DNA of 24,000 nucleotides from Anaerolineales bacterium (GTDB taxonomy: Bacteria; Chloroflexota; Anaerolineae; Anaerolineales; Villigracilaceae), in contig JBBFLV010000001.1 in NCBI GenBank assembly GCA_037478835.1, positions 286,526 through 310,525 on the forward strand. The letters run 5' to 3'. Positions 9,037-15,507 of the stretch are shown one piece after another (position 1 is the first letter of the stretch; each line of letters begins with the position of its first letter). A model generated the notes under the pieces. The model saw nothing but the letters and a program-made list of their open reading frames with translations. It had not been told where the DNA came from and did no database searches. A program made the position numbers and the translations under genes.

Positions 9037-9096
9037 GAGGGAAAGAGAGCACTTGACGCGTGAGCCTCTGGCTACGGAGGGGGTAAACATTCGGAA

Positions 9097-9131
9097 GGAC
9101 ACGGGTGAGCGCGGATGGGGACGGATTTTTT
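9097..9131. repeat. Family C copy
   Basis: GGACACGGGTGAGCGCGGATGGGGACGGATTTTTT carries the same CGGATGGG / ACGGAT motifs as 15461-15507 and 6531-6560. Confidence 0.55.
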
Positions 9132-9229
9132 GCCGTTGTAATTGACATGCTTCTATCCTTGTCTGGTGGTAGATTACGGCATATGGAGTCTCCCACCCTT
9201 TTTTACCTGGCTGGGTATAATTGAGCTTG

Positions 9230-9904
9230 ATGGACGTTTCCTCTCCCTTTTCTAACCTCTCTCCACAGGTGCGCGAGAAGTTGCGCCCTCTCGTGCGGAC
9301 CCGACAGTTCGATGCAGGGGAGGTGATCTTTTTACAAGATGAACCTACCCAGGCCATTTATATCGTTGGACAAGGCCGGGTAAAGATCACCCGTACAACG
9401 CCGGATGGGGAGGAGAGCATTCTCTGCATTCGCAAGGCCGGCGAATATTTTTGCCCGGTCCCTTTGCTGGATGGAAAAGGACAACTGGGCACTGCTTCTG
9501 CGATCACCCCGGTGACCATCCTTTGTATCGAGCGTAATGCTTTCCTGCAATTGTGTCAGGAGCATCCGGAACTGCTCGCCGTTGTTCAGGCAGATTGTTT
9601 GGGGGAAGTACGCTATCTTTTGCATCGTTTGGAAACGACCACTCATCGCACCTTGCGCGAACGCGTGGTCGTGGCTTTGTTGGATGCGCTCCATTCTTCT
9701 AAAGAGGTGGAAAACAATCATGGCGTGGTCCTGCTCACCCATCAGGAATTGGCCGGTCTGAGCGGAGTCTCAAGAGAAAACACTTCACGCGTGCTCAAAG
9801 AACTGGAACGGGAAGGCTTGTTGAAGCTACAGCGGGGGAAAATCCATATTCTGGATATTGCACGCTTGAGAAGAATGCTGGAGCCCACCTTCTATCGTCG
9901 GTGA
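9230..9904 (+). CDS. Crp/Fnr-family transcriptional regulator (cNMP-binding-like sensor domain + C-terminal HTH)
   Basis: The beta-roll region (EVIFLQDEPTQAIYIVGQGRVKI...) is followed by the HTH THQELAGLSGVSRENTSRVLKELEREGLL, which closely parallels the E. coli CRP helix GCSRETVGRILKMLEDQ. The start is uncertain: ATG 9230 is preferred over the TTG 9221 of the track ORF. Confidence 0.85.
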   Translation: MDVSSPFSNLSPQVREKLRPLVRTRQFDAGEVIFLQDEPTQAIYIVGQGRVKITRTTPDGEESILCIRKAGEYFCPVPLLDGKGQLGTASAITPVTILCIERNAFLQLCQEHPELLAVVQADCLGEVRYLLHRLETTTHRTLRERVVVALLDALHSSKEVENNHGVVLLTHQELAGLSGVSRENTSRVLKELEREGLLKLQRGKIHILDIARLRRMLEPTFYRR

Positions 9905-10061
9905 ACGTATCCAGATTAGCGAAGTGGGGGGATCATTTTGCCGCATAAACATGTTGACCTTGTACCAGTCTCAATCCTTTCGGGCTATGTCCTGTTCCGG
10001 GGCTCCGAGCGGGCTTTATTATGGGCCGAGTGTGGGGTTTCGGTGTGCGAGGAAGTGAAGT

Positions 10062-10099
10062 GTTAGGAGGTTGGGATGTTAGGAGGTTAGAGATGGTAG
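10062..10099. repeat. Two copies of GTTAGGAGGTT plus AGAGATGGTAG, inverted relative to the array at 10553-10658
   Basis: GTTAGGAGGTT at 10062-10072 and 10078-10088. TAGGAGGTTAGAG (10080-10092) is the exact reverse complement of CTCTAACCTCCTA at 10582-10594 and 10612-10624. Confidence 0.8.
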
Positions 10100-10108
10100 A
10101 ATAGTGCT

Positions 10109-10552
10109 ATGGAACAGAGGAAAAAAGTGAATGAATTGAGTTTTGACGAGTGGCAAAAGACGATTCCGGACTACATCAGAAACGATCCGCTATGGGAATC
10201 TGGTTATTACCGGTTAGCGTTGTACCTCTACGATCTTGTCTGGCAAGATTGCGGTTTGCTGAAGCGAGATTTTCGCGGCCGAGAAATAGCCGGCCAGATC
10301 ATCCGCAGTGCAGGAGGCATTTGTGCCAATCTAGAAGAAGCGTACGGACGAGGAGTTGGCACAGCCGATTATGTGCGTGTGATGCGTATTGCTCTCGGCG
10401 AAGCCCGCGAGACACGCGGCTGGTATTTTCGTGCTCGCCGGATTCTCCCCCCGGAATTGCTCTCACATCGTGCTACTCTCACCGGAAAACTGATCGCTAT
10501 GCTTTCAAGCACCATCTCTTCCCACCGTAACAACCTGGGTAAATCGTCATAG
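10109..10552 (+). CDS. Four-helix-bundle protein (23S rRNA intervening-sequence protein family)
   Basis: Family-typical motifs QIIRSAGGICANLEEAYGRG ... YVRVMRIALGEARETRGWYF, compared with the family pattern QLxRSxxSIxxNIxEGxxR ... FLxIAxGSxxE. Lower GC than the surroundings. Alternative start GTG 10127, preceded by GAGGA. Confidence 0.7.
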   Translation: MEQRKKVNELSFDEWQKTIPDYIRNDPLWESGYYRLALYLYDLVWQDCGLLKRDFRGREIAGQIIRSAGGICANLEEAYGRGVGTADYVRVMRIALGEARETRGWYFRARRILPPELLSHRATLTGKLIAMLSSTISSHRNNLGKSS

Positions 10553-10658
10553 CCTACCCTCCTGCGCTCTCCCCTCCTACCCTCTAACCTCCTACCCTCT
10601 AATCTCCTACCCTCTAACCTCCTACCCTCTAATCTCCTACCCTCTAATCTCCTACCCA
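10553..10658. repeat. Tandem array of a 15-nt unit CTCCTACCCTCTAAY (family A)
   Basis: Five full units at 10574-10648, a partial unit at 10649-10658, and a degenerate lead-in from 10553. The last base alternates C/T. Confidence 0.9.
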
Positions 10659-10682
10659 ATATTCACCTTCGTATAGCTAACC

Positions 10683-11534
10683 ATGCATAGAATCCGTACC
10701 AAACTCAAACTTTATTGGCCCCTCATCAAATCCCTCCAAACCAGCCTCTTGCTGGCAACTGGGCTGGCCGGCTATCTCAGCGCGCACACGTCGCCTTCCG
10801 GGTTGATCCTGCTAGGCGTGGCCGTCAGCCTGTTCCTGGCCATCAGCGGCTCGACCGTGCTCAATATGTGGTATGACCGTGATATTGACGCGGTGATGAA
10901 CCGCACCCATCACCGTCCGTTGGTCACCGGGCGCATTTCGCCGACCGAGGCCTTGCGACTGGGGCTGATCCTCTCGATCCTGGGCGTGGGGTTGGCCGTG
11001 TGGATGTCGCCGCTCTACGGGCTGGTGGTCTTCGCCGGGCTGTTCTTTGACGTGGTCATCTACACCCTGTGGCTCAAGCGCCGCACCTGCTGGAGCATCG
11101 TCTGGGGCGGGATTGCGGGAGGGATGCCTATCCTCGCCGGACGGGTGATGGCCATCGGACAGATTGACCTGATCGGCATTCTGCTCAGCATGGCCGTGCT
11201 GTTCTGGATCCCGACCCACACCCTCACCTTTTCCATGCGCTTCTTCGCCGACTATCAAGCGGCGCGCGTCCCGACCTTCCCCTCCACCTACGGCTTTGAG
11301 ACCACCCGAGCCGTGATCGCCCTTTCGGCGATCATCGCCGCGGCCAGCATGGGGGTGGCCGGCGTGATGATCGGCGTTCAGGCCGGCTTCCTGCGTCTGA
11401 TGGCCGTGCTCTCGGCGGGATTGCTCCTCCTCTCCTTCGCCACCGTCTTCCGCCCCTCTGAGCGGATCAACTACAGTTTGTTCAAGTACGCCTCGCTGTA
11501 CATGTTGGCCTCCATGATTCTGCTTTCGATTTGA
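10683..11534 (+). CDS. ctaB: Protoheme IX farnesyltransferase (heme O synthase), UbiA prenyltransferase family
   Basis: 283-aa polytopic protein. Asp-rich motif NMWYDRDIDAVMNRTHHRPLVTGRIS, typical of CtaB/CyoE. No obvious SD before the ATG. Confidence 0.72.
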   Translation: MHRIRTKLKLYWPLIKSLQTSLLLATGLAGYLSAHTSPSGLILLGVAVSLFLAISGSTVLNMWYDRDIDAVMNRTHHRPLVTGRISPTEALRLGLILSILGVGLAVWMSPLYGLVVFAGLFFDVVIYTLWLKRRTCWSIVWGGIAGGMPILAGRVMAIGQIDLIGILLSMAVLFWIPTHTLTFSMRFFADYQAARVPTFPSTYGFETTRAVIALSAIIAAASMGVAGVMIGVQAGFLRLMAVLSAGLLLLSFATVFRPSERINYSLFKYASLYMLASMILLSI

Positions 11535-11647
11535 CCGTAGACGGTGGACCATAGACCGTTGACCGAGACGGTAGACCGTAGACCGTCCACCGTCTACCGT
11601 ACCCAGTCCGTCCACCGTCCACCGTCAACCGTCCATCGTCCATCATC
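11535..11647. repeat. Heptamer-period repeat block GACCGTN / CCACCGT (family B) with an internal 13-bp inverted repeat
   Basis: Successive 7-mers: gaccgta gacggtg gaccata gaccgtt ... cgtccac cgtccac cgtcaac cgtccat cgtccat. GTAGACGGTGGAC (11537-11549) is the reverse complement of GTCCACCGTCTAC (11585-11597). Confidence 0.85.
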
Positions 11648-11649
11648 CC

Positions 11650-12255
11650 ATGAAAACCTCTCCTCTCTCTCGTCTCTTCCTCCTACTCACCGCGTTGCTG
11701 GCTGCCTGGCAGGTGGCGATCGGTATCGAAGGCCTGGAACATGTGCCGGTGCTGGCCTATACCGTCGGCTTCGGCGTCCTGCTCGTCGCCTGCCTGTTGC
11801 TGATCATTCTCGGCCTGGATGTGTTGGAGAGTCCGATCGTGGTCATTGTCTCCACCGTCATCCCGCTCAGCCTCTCGTTAGGGTTGGTCTGGGAGCACCT
11901 GACCTCCTGGCGGACGGCTTACCTGACCTTTGCCCTGGCCGGCTTTCTGGCCATCCTCGTCACCCGTGCCTTCCCGTTCAAGGGGCGGTGGCCGGTGCTT
12001 GTGTTGGCGGTTGTCCATGGGGTTTCCGGGCTGATCATCTTTCTCCTGCCGAGTATCCTGGCGGCGCAGGGAGCTACCCGTCCGGGCTTTGCCCTGGTCG
12101 GCCTGGGCGGCGCGCTGATCGGGCTGGGCGGGCTGCTGCTCTCCTTCCTGAAAACCGGCCGGCCAATCCTGCCGCGTGAGACGATCTTGCGTATCCTGCC
12201 GGCCCTCTTGCTGTTGACGACCGCCGCCTTCGTGGCCGGCTTTGCGTTGGCGTAG
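11650..12255 (+). CDS. Hypothetical polytopic membrane protein (about 6 TM segments)
   Basis: 201-aa ORF of alternating hydrophobic helices. No recognisable motif and no SD. The start abuts the heptamer repeat block. Confidence 0.5.
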   Translation: MKTSPLSRLFLLLTALLAAWQVAIGIEGLEHVPVLAYTVGFGVLLVACLLLIILGLDVLESPIVVIVSTVIPLSLSLGLVWEHLTSWRTAYLTFALAGFLAILVTRAFPFKGRWPVLVLAVVHGVSGLIIFLLPSILAAQGATRPGFALVGLGGALIGLGGLLLSFLKTGRPILPRETILRILPALLLLTTAAFVAGFALA

Positions 12256-12285
12256 TGTGATCCCGAAGGATGCCGAGAAAAACTT

Positions 12286-12313
12286 AGCCTCCACGGGCAG
12301 GGTAGAGGCTTTT
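12286..12313 (+). terminator. Weak hairpin after the membrane-protein gene
   Basis: AGCCTC (12286-12291) pairs with GAGGCT (12305-12310) across a 13-nt loop. The T tract (TTTT) is short. Confidence 0.3.
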
Positions 12314-12400
12314 GGGAAGGTTGTTCGTCGGGAAAGGTTTCGAGGCCGTGGAAATGCGATGAGCCGAGCGTAAAAACGCCGCGCAAAAACGGCCGATTTG

Positions 12401-12409
12401 TGATATAAT
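12401..12409 (+). promoter_or_regulatory. Extended -10 promoter (TGaTATAAT) for tRNA-Lys
   Basis: TG at 12401-12402, one base, then a perfect TATAAT at 12404-12409. The predicted start lies about 7 nt before the tRNA 5' end. The -35 is poor. Confidence 0.6.
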
Positions 12410-12422
12410 ACGCCGCGCCTAC

Positions 12423-12496
12423 GGCCGACTAGCTCAATTCGGTAGAGCAGCTGACTCTTAATCAGTTGGTTCGGGGTTCGAGTCCCCGGTCGGTCA
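12423..12496 (+). tRNA. tRNA-Lys (anticodon CUU)
   Basis: Hand-folded cloverleaf: acceptor GGCCGAC/GTCGGTC (one G-U), D arm GCTC/GAGC, anticodon stem GCTGA/TCAGT with loop CTCTTAA (anticodon CTT), variable loop TGGTT, T arm CGGGG-TTCGAGT-CCCCG, discriminator A. CCA is not encoded. Confidence 0.9.
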
Positions 12497-12502
12497 CTCC
12501 AC

Positions 12503-12529
12503 CCGCCGTCCAGGCGGTTTTTTTATTTT
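12503..12529 (+). terminator. Rho-independent terminator after tRNA-Lys
   Basis: CCGCC (12503-12507), loop gtcca, GGCGG (12513-12517), followed by TTTTTTTATTTT. Confidence 0.75.
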
Positions 12530-12566
12530 CCTCACCGCTCGGCAAGGGGGGGCTGTGACTCTTTTA

Positions 12567-12575
12567 TGCTACAAT
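12567..12575 (+). promoter_or_regulatory. Extended -10 promoter (TGcTACAAT) for the NACHT gene
   Basis: aTGcTACAAT lies 31 nt upstream of ATG 12606. The identical 10-mer ATGCTACAAT occurs at the CODH/ACS promoter. Confidence 0.5.
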
Positions 12576-12605
12576 TAATCCCAAATCCCCTCCCCAGAGA
12601 CGGCC

Positions 12606-15455
12606 ATGGGCGATCGGAATACTTCAATCGGCGGCAATGTCGAAAACAGCATCATCAACACCGGTGATCACAACATCTTCAACCTGGGCACGCCTGCACT
12701 GACCCCGGAAGAACAGGAGCGCCTGACGCAGGCCTACCTGCAGGCCGTGGCCGCCGAGTGGGCTGTGTTGCGCCTCTACGAAGGGGAGGAAGAAGAGCGC
12801 GGCATCCCGCTGACCGATGTCTATGTGCTGCTGCAGGCCCGCCACACCCCGCCGCCCAAACCTTTGGAGCCTCCCCGCCCGGACGTGCCCAGATCCGAAG
12901 ATCGGCTAAAGCACACAGGCCCGCAACTTCCTTTCACGCCTCTCGAAGAAGAAAAAGCGCGCCAGGAGCATCAACCGCCTCCCCCGCCGCCCCCGCCGCC
13001 CGTCCCACTGAAGGACGCACTCAAGGATGCTACCCACCTGATGTTATTGGGTGAACCCGGCAGCGGCAAGAGCACCACGCTGCAATTCATCGGTCTGTGC
13101 TTTGCCAGGCGGGAAGAGAACTGGGCGCAGGAGAAACTCGGCCTGGAGGAAAGCCGCGTGCCGGTCTTGCTGCGCCTGCCCGTTTGTGCCGAGGAACTGG
13201 CTAAGGGCGGTGACGGGCTGCGCCGCGCCCTGATAGAAGAGATCGCCCGTTTGCTGCAGCAATCCGCTATCGCCGAACAACTTTACGAATCCTGGACGGC
13301 AAACGGCCGCTTGCTGGTGCTGCTCGACGGGCTGGATGAAGTGCATGAGCAACGAGAGAAGGTGCGCGAGCAAATCGAAGCCTTCGCCCGTGCCCCGGCC
13401 GGACGAAACGCCCGCCTGGTAGTGGCTTCCCGCATTGCCGGCTTCAGAACCTTGCAGGGGCTGAAGGAATACACCCTCCAATCGCTGGAAAAGGCGGACG
13501 ACATCCGGCATTACCTGGAAGGCTGGCTACGGGCGCTGGAAATCAAGGGCAACCCGAAAACCGAAGCGCAGATCCTGCTGGAGAAGATGCAGTCCGTCCC
13601 GGCCCTGCGCCGCGTGTTGGATAACCCCCTGCTGCTACGCCTGAGCGCCGAGGTCTATGCCCGCCAGGGGGAGATCGCCCGCAACCGCGCCGACCTTTAC
13701 GCCCGTTACGTGGCCGAAGCCTGGCGGCGCGCCGAACGCCGCGGCATTGATCGCAACCGGAAGAAGAGGGCTAGACGGGCACTGAAGGCCATCGCTTGGC
13801 ACCTGCATAGCGGCGGTGAGCGCGGCGAAGAGCGCCTGCTCCAACTGCTGCGGGAAAACGGCCTAGCCGCCGATGCTGAGACCGCGCGGGAGTTGCTGGC
13901 TCTGCTGCGCCAGAAAACCGGCCTGTTGGTGCGCCTGGAAGGGAATCAGTACGCCTTTGCCCATGCTACCATCGGCGAATATTTCGTCGCCTGCTACCTG
14001 AAGTGCGCCTGGAAAAAGAACCCGCGGCGCACGCGGGCCTTCCTACGCCCGCGTTGGCATCTGCCCGAATGGCGCGAGCCGATCATCTTGCTGGCCGGGA
14101 TGTTGGGGAAGAATCAACTCCAGGCGCTGCTTGCTGACCTCTGGCCGCCGCGGGATCGCTTCGAGCGCGCTGCTTACCGCAACCTGTTCCTGGCGGCCGA
14201 ACTGGCCGCCGAGGCTGGGCGTTGGGAAGACTTGGCGCCGACCTTGCGCCCTGCCCTGCTTTGCGCCCTACACGATGAAGACTGGTGGGTTCGTATGGTC
14301 GCAGTGTATACGCTGAGGAACACAGAGGATCGAGATAGATCGACAATCGATCATTTGAGTGTTGCGTTGCTAAAAGATAAGGAGTGGACAGTTCGTGCTG
14401 CAGCGGCTGAGACATTAGGCGAAATTGGCCAACATGCCGGTAGAGATGAGTTTGCCGGAATTGTGAAATCTTTGATTGATGCTTTGAATGACCAGGATAT
14501 ACATGTCCAAGAGAAAGCGACTGATGCTCTGGCAAAAATCGGCAAAGTTTTAAGTGAGCTAAATGAGCTAAATGAGCTAATAAAAGTATTCCAAAATTAC
14601 AACCAAAATGACGAGTTATATTCGCATATCGTCCGGATTCTGAGCAGAATCGGTAAGCCCGCAATAGATTTTCTTGTTCGAGCTTTGGAAAAAGCAGAAG
14701 GGTATAAGTACGTAGAGATTATGTTTACTCTGCAAGATATACAAAGTAGAATTCAAGGTGAAAATCAGGCAGAATCATCGGATTGGTATCAGAAGATTTG
14801 GGCCTACATAAAGAACAATCATTTGCTAGAAATGCAACTCGGTGATCCACGTGATCCACAATTTCTACAAGCCCAAATCCGAGATTTGCAAGATAGAGAT
14901 AAGAATAAGCGTCAGCGGGCAGCTTGGGTATTGGCAGAGATCGGTGACCCACAGGCCATACCTGCCCTGCTCTATGCTTTGCGGGATAAGGAAGAAGAGG
15001 TGCGCAGGAGGGTGTCTTGGGCTTTGCAAAGGATTTTCCGAAATCTACGTTTATCCCAAGATTCGGACATAAATCGCAAAATTATGAGCCTTCTCCGTTT
15101 ATCTCATACACTTTGGCGTCTAAGGCGAGCCGGAGGAGTCTCCCTCCTCTCCTCTGCGTTGACCTACCGCGACGCCCTGGAGGTCGCCCTCTCCACGTGG
15201 AAGGACCCGCTCCAACCGCCGCCGCAGGAAGTGCGCCGGGCGCAGCTCCGGCAGGCGGTGCAAGGGGTAGGCCTGGCTCTGCTGGCCGGGTTGGCCGGGG
15301 TGCTCGCCATTCTGCTCGGCGGAGTCGGGAAGGCGCTGGGCGATTTGATCGCCCCGCTTTGGGCCGCGCGGCCGTTTCTCCTGCTTCTGGCCGCAGTGAT
15401 CCTGCTCGGCGCGTTGGGCTGGGCATTGCAGCGCCGGCTTGAGAGCAGGAAATAG
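12606..15455 (+). CDS. STAND NTPase: NACHT domain + HEAT (PBS-lyase-type) repeats + C-terminal double TM
   Basis: Walker A LLGEPGSGKST (13050-13076 for GEPGSGKST). Walker B LLVLLDGLDEV (13311-13343). HEAT repeats include KDKEWTVRAAAAETLGEIG and DRDKNKRQRAAWVLAEIGDPQAIPALLYALRDKEEEVRRRVSWALQRI. Terminal hydrophobic helices GVGLALLAGLAGVLAILLGGVG and PFLLLLAAVILLGALGWAL. Confidence 0.85.
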   Translation: MGDRNTSIGGNVENSIINTGDHNIFNLGTPALTPEEQERLTQAYLQAVAAEWAVLRLYEGEEEERGIPLTDVYVLLQARHTPPPKPLEPPRPDVPRSEDRLKHTGPQLPFTPLEEEKARQEHQPPPPPPPPPVPLKDALKDATHLMLLGEPGSGKSTTLQFIGLCFARREENWAQEKLGLEESRVPVLLRLPVCAEELAKGGDGLRRALIEEIARLLQQSAIAEQLYESWTANGRLLVLLDGLDEVHEQREKVREQIEAFARAPAGRNARLVVASRIAGFRTLQGLKEYTLQSLEKADDIRHYLEGWLRALEIKGNPKTEAQILLEKMQSVPALRRVLDNPLLLRLSAEVYARQGEIARNRADLYARYVAEAWRRAERRGIDRNRKKRARRALKAIAWHLHSGGERGEERLLQLLRENGLAADAETARELLALLRQKTGLLVRLEGNQYAFAHATIGEYFVACYLKCAWKKNPRRTRAFLRPRWHLPEWREPIILLAGMLGKNQLQALLADLWPPRDRFERAAYRNLFLAAELAAEAGRWEDLAPTLRPALLCALHDEDWWVRMVAVYTLRNTEDRDRSTIDHLSVALLKDKEWTVRAAAAETLGEIGQHAGRDEFAGIVKSLIDALNDQDIHVQEKATDALAKIGKVLSELNELNELIKVFQNYNQNDELYSHIVRILSRIGKPAIDFLVRALEKAEGYKYVEIMFTLQDIQSRIQGENQAESSDWYQKIWAYIKNNHLLEMQLGDPRDPQFLQAQIRDLQDRDKNKRQRAAWVLAEIGDPQAIPALLYALRDKEEEVRRRVSWALQRIFRNLRLSQDSDINRKIMSLLRLSHTLWRLRRAGGVSLLSSALTYRDALEVALSTWKDPLQPPPQEVRRAQLRQAVQGVGLALLAGLAGVLAILLGGVGKALGDLIAPLWAARPFLLLLAAVILLGALGWALQRRLESRK

Positions 15456-15460
15456 CCAGG

Positions 15461-15507
15461 CCGGAATCGGACACGGATGGGCACGGATGACACGGATTCG
15501 CACGGAT
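15461..15507. repeat. CACGGAT-type repeat block (family C)
   Basis: CACGGAT at 15472, 15482, 15491 and 15501, spaced 9-10 nt. AATCGGACACGGATGGGCACGGA resembles AATGGGACACGGATGGACGCGGA at 6531-6553. Confidence 0.8.

Noticed and set aside
9216-9232. TATAAT at 9216-9221 as a promoter giving a leaderless or near-leaderless mRNA for the regulator (ATG 9230). A similar idea applies to TATAGC 10672-10677 before the ctaB ATG at 10683.
   Set aside because: Only a -10-like hexamer is present, with no TGn extension and no -35. The spacing to the ATG is only roughly compatible. This is too weak to call without TSS data.
9230-9904. Calling the Crp/Fnr regulator a CooA-type CO sensor or an FNR-type O2 sensor.
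   Set aside because: I see no N-terminal Pro/His heme-ligand pattern that I can align to CooA, and no FNR-type N-terminal Cys cluster. The recognition helix is CRP-like (RE...R) rather than CooA- or FNR-like. The effector is left open.
10553-10658. Possible CRISPR array (also considered for 15597-15659 and 11535-11647).
   Set aside because: The units are 7-15 nt and directly abutting, with no unique spacers. No cas genes or leader are present. These are tandem micro/minisatellite-like repeats.
10369-10659. Minus-strand ORF encoding (GRRLE)n.
   Set aside because: It is simply the translation of the 15-nt tandem DNA repeat. It overlaps the 3' end of the four-helix-bundle gene and has no start context.
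11544-12179. 211-aa + strand ORF starting inside the family B repeat.
   Set aside because: The N-terminus is a repeat translation (RPSTVYR...). The rest overlaps the hydrophobic 11650-12255 ORF out of frame and looks like GC-driven noise.
12554-12558. TGTGA half-site upstream of the NACHT promoter as a second Crp-type operator.
   Set aside because: There is no matching TCACA half at N6 spacing, and the position relative to the -10 (about -20) is not an activator position.
14280-15120. Diversity-generating retroelement target or group I/II intron as an explanation of the low-GC block.
   Set aside because: The window has no reverse transcriptase and no template-repeat copy of the segment. The block is in frame and encodes bona fide HEAT repeats, so it is coding sequence and not an intron.
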